This document shows, piece after piece, positions 20,684-31,178 of a DNA stretch of 64,000 nucleotides. The translations under genes and the position numbers were made by a program. How positions within the stretch are numbered: the stretch's first letter is position 1; each line of letters opens with the position of its first letter. Source of the DNA: an uncultured Chloroflexia bacterium (lineage in GTDB: Bacteria; Chloroflexota; Anaerolineae; CG2-30-64-16); the NCBI GenBank assembly GCA_963800615.1, contig CAWDBO010000021.1, forward strand, positions 214,423 through 278,422. Direction: 5' to 3'. Below the pieces are notes generated by a model, which saw only the letters and a program-made list of their open reading frames with translations, made no database searches and was not told where the DNA came from.

Positions 20684-22913
20684 TCAGCCCGTGCAGGTGA
20701 TGATTCGAACGTCGCCGGCCAAGGCGCCGGCCGGAGAAGCAAACACCGGGTTCAGATCGATCTCGGCGATTTCAGGGTACGCGAAGGGCAGCGCCGACAC
20801 CCGGACGATGATGTCGGCGAGCGCCGCCAGGTCGACGGGCTTCCGCCCCCGCGCGCCCGCCAATATCCCGTAACCCCGCAATGAGCGGATCATTTCGCCC
20901 GCCCCTGCGTGATCCACCGGCGCCACCCGCAGCGCCACGTCCGAGAGCACCTCGGTGAAGATGCCGCCCAGTCCGAACGCGACGACCGGCCCGAACTGGG
21001 GATCGCGCGACAGGCCGACGAGGACTTCCTGGCTGTCTCTGATCATCGGGTAGACCACGACGCCGGCAAACCGCGCGCCGCTCGCGCGCTGGCGAATCCC
21101 CCGGAATGCCTCCCGCGCCCCCGCCTCGTCGTGGATGCCGACCACGACGCCCCCCCGCTCCGACTTGTGGAGGATGTCGGGGGAAACGACCTTCATCACC
21201 GACGGGTAGCCGACGCCGCAGCAGGCGGCCGCCGCCTCGTCTTCGCTCTCGGCCCACATGAAAACCGGCGTGGGGATGCCGTTGCCCGACAGCCACATCA
21301 TCGCATCGGGTTCCAGGATGGGGCTTGCCGGGAGAGCGGGCCGCCCAGCGCCGGGCATGACGTCCGCCCGACCGGCGCTCCGTGGGCCGGCACGATGCTC
21401 CGCCAGCCGAGCCATGTTCGCAAGCGCCATGACCGCGCGCTCGGGCGTCGGGAAGTTGACGATCCCGTTCGCGGCCAGGTACGCGGTGGCATCCGCGGTC
21501 ACTTCCTCTGGCAGGAAGCTCGTCACGACCGGCCTGCCCGTCGCGCGGGCCGCGTCGACGATCCCGCGGGCGATGGGCAGGGAATCCAGGTAGGGCGGCG
21601 CGATGTTGATGGCTAGAGCGGCATCGAACGGCGCGGCCACAGGGATCACAGAGCGCTCAGAGGCTTTTGAGGAGAGACGAGAGCCAGAAGAGCCGCTCTC
21701 GCTCTTCGCATCCTCTGCGCCCGTCGGTGTCCTCTGTGGCAAGAATCGCGCGCAACGTCTCGCGGTAACCCCGCTCGGTCCCCTCCACCGTCAAGTCGAT
21801 CGGGTTTTTGAGCGCGGCGTGCGCCGGGAGGAACTTCGACAGCGCGTCCTTGATGCCCGGCCCCGGCTCGGCCACATCCAGGCCCACCGCCTCTGCCCTG
21901 TCGGCCGCAAGGATGCTCGGGCCGCCGGAGTTCGTGATGATCGCGACCCGCCGGCCGGTCAGGGCGGGCAGGCCCGTAAATGCCCGGCAAAGGTCGAACA
22001 TCTCCTCGGCCGACGCCACCCGGAGCGCTCCGCACTGCTGCAGCGCCGCGTCGTACACCGCGTCGCTGCCCGCCAGCGAGCCGGTGTGCGACAGGGTGGC
22101 CCGCTGGCCCGATTCCCCGCGTCCGGCCTTGATGACGACGACCGGCTTGACCGCGGCGCAGCGCGCCGCGGCCGCCATGAACGCCCGGCCGTCGCTCACC
22201 GTCTCGATGTACACGCAGACGATGTGCGTCTGCGGGTCGCCGGCCAGGTAATCCAGGAGGTGGACCTCGTTGACGTCCGCCCGGTTGCCGTAACTGACGA
22301 ACTTCGAGATGCCCAGGCCGTCGCGCTTGGCCCAGCCCAGCAGCACCCCGGCGAACGCGCCGCTCTGCGAGATGATCGCGACGTGGCCCGCGGGCGGCAG
22401 CGTCTCGAGCGTGGGCGCGAGGCGGTGCGCGGTGTTGATGAGGCCCGCACAGTTCGGCCCCACGATCCGGATGCCGTGGCGCTTCGCGACCGCCATGAGC
22501 TCCGCCTCGCCCGCCTTGTTGCCCATCTCGCCAAAGCCGGACGATATGACCACCGCGGCCTTCACGCCGTTCTGCCCGCACTCTTCCAGGACCGAGGCAA
22601 CCGTGTTCGCCGGCGATGCGATCACCGCCAGGTCGACGGGCAGGCCGGAAGCCCCGATGCTCGTGCTGCCGGCGACCCCGAGCGCGCCCTGGCCCTTCGG
22701 GTTGACCGCGACCACGTCCCGGTACCCGCCCGCGAGCATCTGGCGCAGCAGCTCATACCCGAGCTTGCCCTCGCCGACCGAGCCGACCAGCGCGACCGCC
22801 CGGGGCGTGAAGAGCGGCTCGAGGGAGACCCCCGACACTCCGACGACCTCCGAGGTTTCGGAAACCTCGGAGGTCTCGCGAGTCGTAGAGGTCGGTTGCC
22901 GACCCCCGCTCAT
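20684..22913 (-). CDS. ADP-forming acetyl/acyl-CoA synthetase, fused alpha-beta type; frame change inside a ~100-nt inverted-repeat insertion at ~21640-21740
   Basis: CoA-binding N-terminus LFTPRAVALVGSVGEGKLGYELL, GIRIVGPNCAGL, IISQSGAF and the phosphohistidine loop SHTGSLAGS, followed by the ATP-grasp part GYPSVMKVVSPDILHKSERGGVVVGI...IAEIDLNPV. The true start could be downstream of the palindrome at 22845-22875. Confidence 0.8.
22845..22875. repeat. Perfect 31-nt palindrome GACCTCCGAGGTTTC-G-GAAACCTCGGAGGTC
   Basis: Read directly. It translates as TSEVSETSEV at the annotated 5' end of the synthetase ORF. The 12-mer arms recur at 59873-59921, and in variant form at 46151-46181. Confidence 0.95.
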
Positions 22914-23517
22914 CGTGTCTCGACCGCCGCAGCCGCGTTGAACGCGAACAGGTTGCGCTCCGCGCCCCGCTTCCACCGGCCTGCGATCACCTCGGCCATG
23001 GCCTCGGGCGACAAGATCTCCCCCAGCCGGGTCCGGGCCGCGGCGACGCCCAACGTGTAGACATTGTCCGGCACGGGCTGCCCCTCGTACTGGGGCAGCC
23101 GATCGGGGTCGATAACGACCGGCTGAGCGCCAGCTGCCCGCACCTGTTCGAGCACCGCCTCCAGCGCGGGATACGCCGCCTTGCCGAGCATCACGGCGGC
23201 TGGCTGCCACACGTAGGCGAACAAGACGAAGTCCCCGCCGGGCTTCAGGTACCGCACGGCCTTGAGCGACTCCGAGACCTCGGTCGCGATCACCAGGTCC
23301 GCGCCCTGTTCCGGGATGGCCGGGCCGGGATCGCTCGGTGACCCCGGCGGCCGATGCGGCACTGCGCCTTGACGAACCCGCCGCGCTGGGCCATGCCCTT
23401 GGTGGGGTAGAAGCTGACCGGGAGGCCGGCGCGGAACGCCGTCTCGGTGATGATCTCGCCGATGGTCAGAACGCCCTGCCCGCCGACGCCCACGAGGTAG
23501 ATATCGAAGGTTTTCAT
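22910..23517 (-). CDS. iorB: Indolepyruvate:ferredoxin oxidoreductase, beta subunit; one frame break ~23340
   Basis: MKTFDIYLVGVGGQGVLTIGEIITETAF...YPTKGMAQRGG, then ADLVIATEVSESLKAVRYLKPGG. ATGA overlaps are present at both ends (23514-23517 and 22910-22913). Confidence 0.8.
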
Positions 23518-25425
23518 GCCACGGCCTCCGCGCCAGCAACAGCGGGTGTGTACTCGATCGCATCCCGGTTGCACACCGCGCCGCACAAGTCGCACCCGTA
23601 ACAGAGCTCAGGATCGATGAGCACGGTCCCGTCGCCCAGGCTGATGGCCGGGCAACCCGTCTGGATGATACAGAGCTTGCACGCGTTGCAGTTCTCCGCG
23701 ATCACCCGGACCTCGCCCGCGCTCTTGCCGCGGCGCCGGGCCGGCATCGCGCACTCCTGCCGCGCGAGGATCACCCTGACGCCCGGGCGCTTGAGCGCGT
23801 TCAGGATGACGGAGGTCGTATGGTCCAGGTCGAACGGATCGACTTCGACGAAGAAGTCGACGCCGATCGCCTCGACGATCTTGGCGATGTCGACTTCCCT
23901 GCCGGCGCCCGGCTGCCGGGCCGCATCGGTGCCGGGGTTCGGCTGCATGCCCGTCATGCTGGTCCAGCCGTTGTCCATGATGATCAGCGTCAGGGGCGTC
24001 TGGTGCTGGACCGCGTTCACCAGGCCCGCGATCCCCGCATGGAAGAAGGTCGAGTCGCCGATGGTGGCGATGACGGGCGTGGTGACGCCCGCAAAGACGA
24101 ACCCCTGGGCCAGCGGGATGCTCGCGCCCATGCTGACCTCGTTCCAGACCGTGTTGAAGGGCGGGTTCATGCCGAGGATGGTGCAGCCGATGTCGCCGGT
24201 CACCATCACGTCGTCTTTCTTGTACCCCGCCTTCCGCACCGCCTGGTTGATCCCCATGAAGACCCCACGGTGCGGGCAGCCCGCGCAGACCGTGATCGGC
24301 CGTGCCGCGGCGAGCTTCTCGGCCTCTGCGTTGCCCTTGAGCAGGTCGGGCGGCAGCTGGAGCTCGGGCAGCGCCGCGCTCAGCCCGGCAAGGATCTCGC
24401 GCAGGCCGTACTCGCCGACCCGCTCGAAAAGCCCGTTCTCCTTGCCCAGTATGCGGCCCTGCCAGCCCACTTTCTGCGCTTCGACGTAGAAGCCGCGCTC
24501 CACGACCGGCTCCAACTCTTCGAGCACGAGGACCGTCGCGCAGTGCGCCAGCAGCGCCCGCGCCTCGAGCGTGGGGAAGGGGTGGACCGCAGTCAGCGTC
24601 AGCAGCAGACACGGACGCGGGGTCGAACCCGTAGGGCGCGGCCATCTCGAATGCCTCGCCCAGGTACGCTGCAACGACGCCGCACCCGACGATGCCCAGC
24701 CCGCCGCCCTGTGCGCTGAGCTGCAGCCGGTTCAGCCCCAGCTCGCGCGCCACCTCGCCGGCCTGGCCCAGCCGCCTGATCACATCCCGGTGCTGCGTCA
24801 TGGCGATGACCGCGCCGGCCTTCGTGAACCGGTTGATGTCGCGGATCAGCTGCGCGGGGCGGGGCTCGGGCGCCGGGGGATCGTCTGCGATCTCGACCGG
24901 CGCGAACGAAGATGAAATGGACGTCACGAGGCGGACGAAGACCGGCGTGCCCACTCGCTCCGAGATCTCGAACGCCGCCTTCGTCAGGTCATAGGCGTCC
25001 TGCACCGAAGCGGCGTCGAGCAGCGGCAGGTCGGACATGACGGCGAAGGCCCGGGTGTCCTGCTCGCACATGCCCGCGCTTGCGCCCGGATCGTCGGCCA
25101 CGTAGATCACCAGCCCGCCGATCACGCCGGAGTAGGCGATGGAGATGATCGAGTCGTACGCCACGTTGACGCCCGACATCTTCATGGTGCAGAGCGCGCG
25201 CTGGCCCGCCCACGCCGCGCCGGACGTGATCTCGAACGCCACCTTCTCGTTCGTGCTCCACTCGACATGTACGCCCCTGGACCGCAGGTCCGCGGGGTCG
25301 CGCAGGAGCAAGCTCTCGATCGCGCCGGTCGATGGGGTGCCGGGATAGCCGGCGACAACTTTGACGCCCGCGTGCAGCGCGCCAAGCGCAATAGCTTCAT
25401 TCCCGGTCAAGAGTCGTAGGCCCAA
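23514..25425 (-). CDS. iorA: Indolepyruvate:ferredoxin oxidoreductase, alpha subunit; one frame break ~24620
   Basis: LLTGNEAIALGALHAGVKVVAGYPGTPS; TPP part GDIGCT...GDSTFFHAGI..MDNGWTSMTGMQP; two ferredoxin-type Cys clusters CNACKLCIIQTGCPAI and CYGCDLCGAVC. A TTG start at 25425 has GGAGG 6 nt upstream. Confidence 0.85.
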
Positions 25426-25438
25426 TTTCGTCCTCCGT

Positions 25439-26807
25439 TCAGATGGGTGCGAGCGCGTTTTCCATCGTCGGCAAGAACCGCCCGCACCCCGGCGCCGCCA
25501 CGATCTCGCCTTCCCACAGCACCGGCTGCCCGCGCTGGAACGACATCTCGGGCCAGCCGAGCACGGTGCGCCCCGCGTAGAGCGTGTAGCCGACATTGGT
25601 ATGCTGGTTTTCATCCGTCAGGGTGACGGGGCGGTTCGGGTCGAACACCACGAGGTCGGCATCGCTGCCCGGCTGGATCGTGCCCTTCCGCGGATACAGG
25701 CCGAAGATGCGCGCCGGGTTTTCGCAGAGCGCCTGCACCAGCCGCACCGGGCCGATGTGCCCGCCGTTCACGCCGTCGTCCCACGTCACGGGCAAGCAGC
25801 GTCTCGATCTGCGGCGAGCCGAAGCCCTGCGCGAGGAAGTCGCCCTGCGCGTCCTTCTTCTTCGGCGCGTGGTCCGACGCGACCACCGACAGGGTCCCGT
25901 CCGCCAGCCCGCGCCAGAGCGCCGCGTTGTCCGCGGCCGTCCTGATCGGCGGGCCGATCTTGGCGTATGCGCCCCGGGCGTCGAGGATGTCCTGGGTCAG
26001 CGCAAGGTACTGCGGGCATGACTCGGCGTACACCTTCCGCCCCTCGGCCTGAGCCTGCCTGATCGGACGCAGCACCCGGCCCGCGGTGACGTGCGGGATG
26101 TACAGGGGGCAGCCCGCAACCTCGGCCAGGCAGATGGCGCGGAAAACGGCTTCTTCCTCCAGCGCGGCCGGCCGCGAGGCATTGAAATACTTCGCCGACG
26201 CGTTCGGCCCCTTCAGGTACTTGTCCTCCAGGTAGTCGATGGCGCCGCCGTTCTCCGCGTGCACCATCGCCATGCCCCCTCGCTCCGCCAGCAGGTCCAT
26301 CGCCTTGATCAGCTGGTAATCGTCGGTGTACCACCCCTGTTTGAGGTAGGTCAGGAAGAACTTGAAGGTCCGGACACCCAGCTCCATCACGCGCGGGATC
26401 TCGGGGACCTGCCGGGGGGCTTCAAACATGCCGCCGTGCAGCCCGAAATCCAGCGGCGAGCGCCGGCTCGCGTCCTCCAGCATCTCGCTGACCTTGCCCT
26501 CCAGCGATTCGCCGGTCCGGGCGTAGGCGAAGTGCAGCACGGTCGTCGTGCCGCCATACGCAGCACACCGCGCCGACGCCTCGACATCGTCGAGATACAC
26601 GGGGTGGACGTGGACGTCGATCACGCCCGGCATAACGTACCGCCCGGTCACGTCGATCACCCGCCGGGCACCTTCCCGCGGCAGCCCGGCTGCAACCTCC
26701 GCCACCTTGTCGCCGCGCACGCCCACGTCCGCCCGCCGCATCCCTGCGCCGGTGATGACCGTGCCGCCCGCCAAAATCAAGTCATAAGGGACCACGCGAC
26801 CCTCCAT
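25439..26807 (-). CDS. Cyclic amidohydrolase (D-hydantoinase/dihydropyrimidinase family); one frame break ~25790
   Basis: PGVIDVHVHP metal motif; GVRTFKFFLTY (position of the carboxylated lysine); MVHAENG; VASDHAP. The C-terminal beta-domain is in ORF 25439..25795. Confidence 0.8.
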
Positions 26808-26834
26808 CCGTTCCGTATCCGTTTCTCCGTTCGG

Positions 26835-29174
26835 TCATCCGTTGCGTCGTATCACCTGCAGCACGCGCTCCGGCGTCAGTGGGATCTCGCGCACCGGCTT
26901 CCCGATCGCGTCGCTCACTGCGCTGGCGACCGCCGGCGCGGCAGGCGTCAACGACGGCTCGCCGATGCCCTTTGCGCCGAACGGACCGATGCCCGTCCCC
27001 GATTCCAGGAGGATGACCTGGACGGGCGGGAAGTCCATGCTCGTCGGCAGCAGGTACTCGGCCAGCGACGGCGTCTGGATCCGCCCCTGCTTGACCTGCA
27101 TGTCCTCGAGCAGGGCGTAGCCGAGCCCCTGGTTCGCCCCGCCGGCCAGCTGTCCTTCGGCCGCGGTGCGGTTGATCGCCCGGCCGACGTCGTGGCACGT
27201 GACCGCCTTCAGCAGCGTGACCTCGCCCGTTTCCATGTCCACCGCGACCTCGCAGGCCATCGAGCCGAACGTGAAGTCGGGGAAGACGCGGCCCTGCCCG
27301 GTCTCGGGGTCGAGCGGCTCGCTGAACGGCGCCTGGAAGAGCGCCAGGTTGGCGAGCGGCAGGCCCTCCGCCGCGCAGCGCCGCACCAGCTCCGCCAGCG
27401 GCACGCACTCGGACGAGCTGCGCGGGCCCCCGCCGCTTCCCTTGACGAACGCCATCCCATCCGCCAGGTCGATCTTCTCCGGCTCCTCTTCGAGCAGCTG
27501 CGACGCCCGCGTGATGAGCACCTTGCGGACCGCGTTGGCTGCCTGCAGCGTGGCGTTGCCCGACATATACAGCTGCCGGGTCGCAGTGGAGGTGCCGGAC
27601 AGCGGGGTCAGCGCGGTGTCGGTGTGGTAGACCGTCACCCGGCTCAGGGGCACGCCGAGCACCTCGGCCGCGATCTGCGCGAGGCTGTTCACCTGGCCCG
27701 CGCCCAGGTCGGGCACGCCCGCCCGCACCACCACCGTCCCGTCCAGCTCGACGCCGACCCAGGACTGGCTCGTGTCGTGCAGCCAGGTGATCCGGCCGTA
27801 GCTCTGGAAATACGAAGAGAAGCCCTGCCCGATGCGAATGTGATCCGCCCACGGCTCGGTCTTCGGACCCAGCGCGGCGAGCGCCCTCGTCGCCGACTCC
27901 TCCAGCCATGCCGCAGTTTCGACCGGCTGCCCGGTGGAGGTCGTATCTCCAATGTGGAGGTAGTTGATCCGCCGCAGCTCCAGCCGGTCCATGCCCAGCG
28001 CATCCGCGATGCAGTCCATCTGCCCTTCATAGGCGAAGGCTGCCTGCGGGCCGCCGAAGCCCCGGAACGCGCTGGTGAACGGGTTGTTCGTCGCCACCGC
28101 AACCGCGTCGACGAACAGGTTGTCCACCCGGTACGGTCCCGGCGCCATGATGGCCGAGTAGAGCAGGACGTAGGGACTGAGGTACGGGTAGGCGCCCGAA
28201 TCGGCCACGATGCGGATGTGGCTCGCGGTGATCTCGCCGTTCCGCCGGACGCCGGTCCGGTGAGTGATGACCATCGGGTGGCGCTTCGAGTGCGCCAGGA
28301 TCGATTCCTCGCGGGTGAAGACCAGGCGGACAGGCCGCCCGGAGGCCTGGACCAGCAGCGCGAGGAAGATTTCGACCGTGATGTCTTCTTTGCCGCCGAA
28401 CCCGCCGCCGACGAACGCGCCCTGCACCCGGATCCGGTTCTGCGGCACGTCCAGCGCCTTCGCCACGCTCCGGAAATGCTCGATGACCTGGGTCGACACC
28501 CGCAGGTTGATTACCCCCTGGCTGTCCAGCCACCCGACGCCTGCTTCCGGCTCGATATAAGCGTGGTCCTGGTAGGGCACCCGGAATGTGTTCTCGACGA
28601 CCAGGTCCGCCTCGGCAAAGCCCCGCTCCAAGTCGCCCTTGCGGATCTTCCACTTGCCGACCTTGTTGTCCGGCGCATGCAGCACCGGCGCGCCCGGCTT
28701 CAGCCCGTCCTCGGGGTCGAAGATCCCCGGCGTCCGTTCGTACTCGATCTCGACCAGCCGCAGCGCGGTCTCGGCGATCGCCTCCGTCTCGGCCGCGATC
28801 AGCGCGATCGGCTCGCCGACGAACCGCACGCTGTCGATGGCAAGCACCGGCGCGTCGGACTGTGCGCGCTGCGCCTGGCCGGTCTGGCCCGGCATGTCGG
28901 TCACCAGCCGCGCCTTCGGCAGGTCCTGCCAGGTGAGGACGCAAACGACGCCGGGCAGCGCCCGCGCCTTGCTGACGTCCAGCCGGACGATCCGGGCCGA
29001 AGGCTCGGTGCTGCGGAACACCTTGGCGTGCAGCATGGCGGGCATCGTGAAATCGCCGGCATAGACGGTCGCGCCGACCGCCTTGCCCAGCGCATCCACC
29101 CGGCGCAGCGGCTTGCCGATAACTTTCAGCTCGGGCAGCTCGACGGGAGGGAGCGGCTTGACCTTGACGCTCAT
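26835..29174 (-). CDS. Molybdenum hydroxylase set B, molybdopterin-binding large subunit (XDH/aldehyde oxidase family), intact
   Basis: About 780 uninterrupted codons within ORF 26835..29810: IGKPLRRVDALGKAVGATVYAGD, AFVGGGFGGKED, FRGFGGPQAAFAYE, GAGQVNSLAQIAAE, ACEVAVDMETGEV and GPFGAKGIGEPS. The ATG at 29174 overlaps the small-subunit stop. Confidence 0.9.
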   Translation of the reverse strand: MSVKVKPLPPVELPELKVIGKPLRRVDALGKAVGATVYAGDFTMPAMLHAKVFRSTEPSARIVRLDVSKARALPGVVCVLTWQDLPKARLVTDMPGQTGQAQRAQSDAPVLAIDSVRFVGEPIALIAAETEAIAETALRLVEIEYERTPGIFDPEDGLKPGAPVLHAPDNKVGKWKIRKGDLERGFAEADLVVENTFRVPYQDHAYIEPEAGVGWLDSQGVINLRVSTQVIEHFRSVAKALDVPQNRIRVQGAFVGGGFGGKEDITVEIFLALLVQASGRPVRLVFTREESILAHSKRHPMVITHRTGVRRNGEITASHIRIVADSGAYPYLSPYVLLYSAIMAPGPYRVDNLFVDAVAVATNNPFTSAFRGFGGPQAAFAYEGQMDCIADALGMDRLELRRINYLHIGDTTSTGQPVETAAWLEESATRALAALGPKTEPWADHIRIGQGFSSYFQSYGRITWLHDTSQSWVGVELDGTVVVRAGVPDLGAGQVNSLAQIAAEVLGVPLSRVTVYHTDTALTPLSGTSTATRQLYMSGNATLQAANAVRKVLITRASQLLEEEPEKIDLADGMAFVKGSGGGPRSSSECVPLAELVRRCAAEGLPLANLALFQAPFSEPLDPETGQGRVFPDFTFGSMACEVAVDMETGEVTLLKAVTCHDVGRAINRTAAEGQLAGGANQGLGYALLEDMQVKQGRIQTPSLAEYLLPTSMDFPPVQVILLESGTGIGPFGAKGIGEPSLTPAAPAVASAVSDAIGKPVREIPLTPERVLQVIRRNG

Positions 29175-29669
29175 CGCACGCCTCCTCGCTCGGGCGCAGC
29201 ATCCCGGAGCTTCTCGGCCGCGACCTTCACCGCCTCGACAACCGGCCCGTACCCCGTACACCGGCAGAGGTTGCCCGAAATCGCTTCCTTGATCTCTTCG
29301 TCGGTGGGTTCGGGGTTCTGATCGAGCAGCGCTTTCGCCGCGATGATCAGGCCGCCCGTGCAGTAGCCGCACTGGACCGCGCCGAGGTCCGCGAAGGCCT
29401 CCTGCAGCGGGTGCGGGTGGTCGAGCGTGCCGACGCCCGCGGGCGTCAGCACGGGGAGCCCGTCCGCCTGCCACGCGAGGGTCAGGCAGGAATTGACCGG
29501 CTTTCCGTCGAGCAGCACCGCGCACGCGCCGCAATCGCCCTTCTCGCACCCGTTCTTCACGTCGGTATAGCCGAGGTCCCTGCAGCGCCTGCAGCAGCGT
29601 GATATTCGGCGTCAGCGCGGCGTAGTGGGTCCGGCCGTTGACGTTGAGCGTGATGACTTGTGGTTTCAT
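29171..29669 (-). CDS. Molybdenum hydroxylase set B, [2Fe-2S] small subunit; one frame break ~29575
   Basis: MKPQVITLNVNGRTHYAAL, then GCEKGDCGACAVLLDGKPVNSC, VQCGYCTGGLIIAAKALL and GNLCRCTGY. An ATGA overlap with the FAD subunit lies at 29666-29669. Confidence 0.85.
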
Positions 29670-30546
29670 TGGAGCGACCCTCCCGGCGCTACCTGGGACA
29701 GGAGCCGCCGGACGATGACCTCGGCGATGTGCCGCCGGTACGCCGCCGATCCCGCGGATGTCGTCGATCGGGCTGGTGTGCGCCGGCCGCCAGGTGCGCC
29801 GCCTCCGCAATCAACTCGCCCGTCCACTCGTGCTCGCAGAGCAGCCGTCTCGGCCTCGGCGACGCGGATCGGGCAGGGTGCGACCGCGCCGAGCGCGATG
29901 GCCGCGGCGTGGGCCCGTCCATCCCCGTTGAACTCGGCGGTCACGGCCGCGCTGATCACCGAAATGGCATCCGCTCGTCGCAGGCCGAACTTGTGAAACG
30001 CGCCGCCGCGCTTGTTACTCACGGGCCAAAAGAGGCGGGTGAGCAGCTCGTCCGGCCGGCGAACCGTGCGCCGGACGCCGGTGAAGAACTCGGTCAGCGG
30101 CACGCACCTCGTGCCCTTGACGCTGGCGAGCTCCACTTGCGCGCCGAGCGCGAGCAGCGGGGGTGCGGTGTCGGCGGCCGGCGATGCGTCGACCAGGTTC
30201 CCGCCCACGGTCGCCCGGTTCCGCACGAGCGGGCTGGCGAACACGGCCGCCGCCTGCCTTAACGGCCGGGCGTGCTGAGCAATGAGCGGGTTCCGGAGCA
30301 ACTCCGAAATGGTTACTCCCCCGCCGACGGAAACGCGTCGCACCGTCACGGCTCAAGGCGATGCCCTGCAGCTCGGGCAGGCGCCCGATGTCGACCAGGA
30401 CCGGCGGCCCCGCGAAGTCGTCGCGCAGCTCGACCAGCACATTGGTCCCGCCCGCGATGGCCCGGGCGTCCGGCCCGTATTTCTGCCAGCAGTTCAAGCG
30501 CCTCGTCCAACGAGCGAGGCCGGAGTAGTTCAAATTCGGGAAGCAT
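29666..30546 (-). CDS. Molybdenum hydroxylase set B, FAD-binding medium subunit; about 5 frame breaks
   Basis: MLPEFELLRPRSLDEALELL, ARAIAGGTNVLVELRD, ASPLVRNRATVGGNLVDASPAADTAPPLLALGA and IDDIRGSAAYRRHIAEVIV are spread over ORFs 30346.., 30015.., 29666.., 29689.. and 26835... Confidence 0.8.
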
Positions 30547-31096
30547 GATCGCCTCGCACACAAGACGGACTAACACAAAGGCACGAAGCTACACGAAGGT
30601 TTAGCGGACTTCGATCAGGCTTGGTGTCTTTGTGTCTTTGCTGTTGTGCGTTGGCGGCCGCCAGCACGGCTCGCACGATGCTGACGTAACCCGTACACCG
30701 GCACAGGTTGCCGCGGAGATAGTGGCGCACCTGGTCTTCGTTCGGCTGCGGGATTTCCGCCAGCAGGCTCTTGGCGGTCATCAGCATGCCCGGCGTGCAG
30801 TAGCCGCACTGGAACCCGGCATGGTCGATGAACGCCTCTTGCAGAGGGTCCAGCGTTCCGTCCGCCGCCTGCAGGCCCTCGACCGTGCGGATGTCTCTCC
30901 CGTCGGCAGCCACCGCAAGCACGAGACAGGCGAGCACGGGCTTGCCGTCCATCAACACCGTGCACGCGCTGCACTCGCCGATGCCGCAGCCGTACTTGCT
31001 GCCGGTCAGCTGCAGCTTCTCGCGCAGCACGTTCAGCAGCAGCTCGTTCGGCCCCACCCAAACCCGGTGCGGCCGCCCGTTCACGCATAACGTCAC
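30530..31096 (-). CDS. Molybdenum hydroxylase set C, [2Fe-2S] small subunit; 3' end uncertain (reads through a low-GC spacer)
   Basis: VTLCVNGRPH..., [40 protein letters not shown] and [13 protein letters not shown]. The last ~35 codons, down to 30530, translate the spacer element and are probably not genuine. Confidence 0.8.
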   Translation of the reverse strand: MTLCVNGRPHRVWVGPNELLLNVLREKLQLTGSKYGCGIGECSACTVLMDGKPVLACLVLAVAADGRDIRTVEGLQAADGTLDPLQEAFIDHAGFQCGYCTPGMLMTAKSLLAEIPQPNEDQVRHYLRGNLCRCTGYVSIVRAVLAAANAQQQRHKDTKPDRSPLNLRVASCLCVSPSCVRGDHASRI

Positions 31097-31144
31097 CGCC
31101 CGCTGTTGGTCGGGTTCGAGGGTCAGCGAAGCTGCCCTACCCGC

Positions 31145-31178
31145 AGACCTGACAGGTTTCGAAAGACCTGTCAGGTCT
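31145..31178. repeat. Paired palindromes AGACCTGACAGGT / AGACCTGTCAGGTCT around TTCGAA
   Basis: Read directly. It lies in the spacer between the set C FAD and small subunit genes and has the same architecture as the AGAAACC(A/T)GGTTTCT pairs. Confidence 0.9.

Noticed and set aside
26091-29321. Very long plus-strand ORF (1076 aa), and similar ones at 4038..5780, 8275..9945, 10730..12649, 13549..16137, 21603..23060 and 49058..51940
   Set aside because: - They lie antisense to genes with clear family motifs.
- Their products are Arg/Gly/Ala/Pro/Asp-rich low-complexity strings with no recognisable domain.
- This is typical of shadow ORFs in high-GC DNA, where stop codons are rare.
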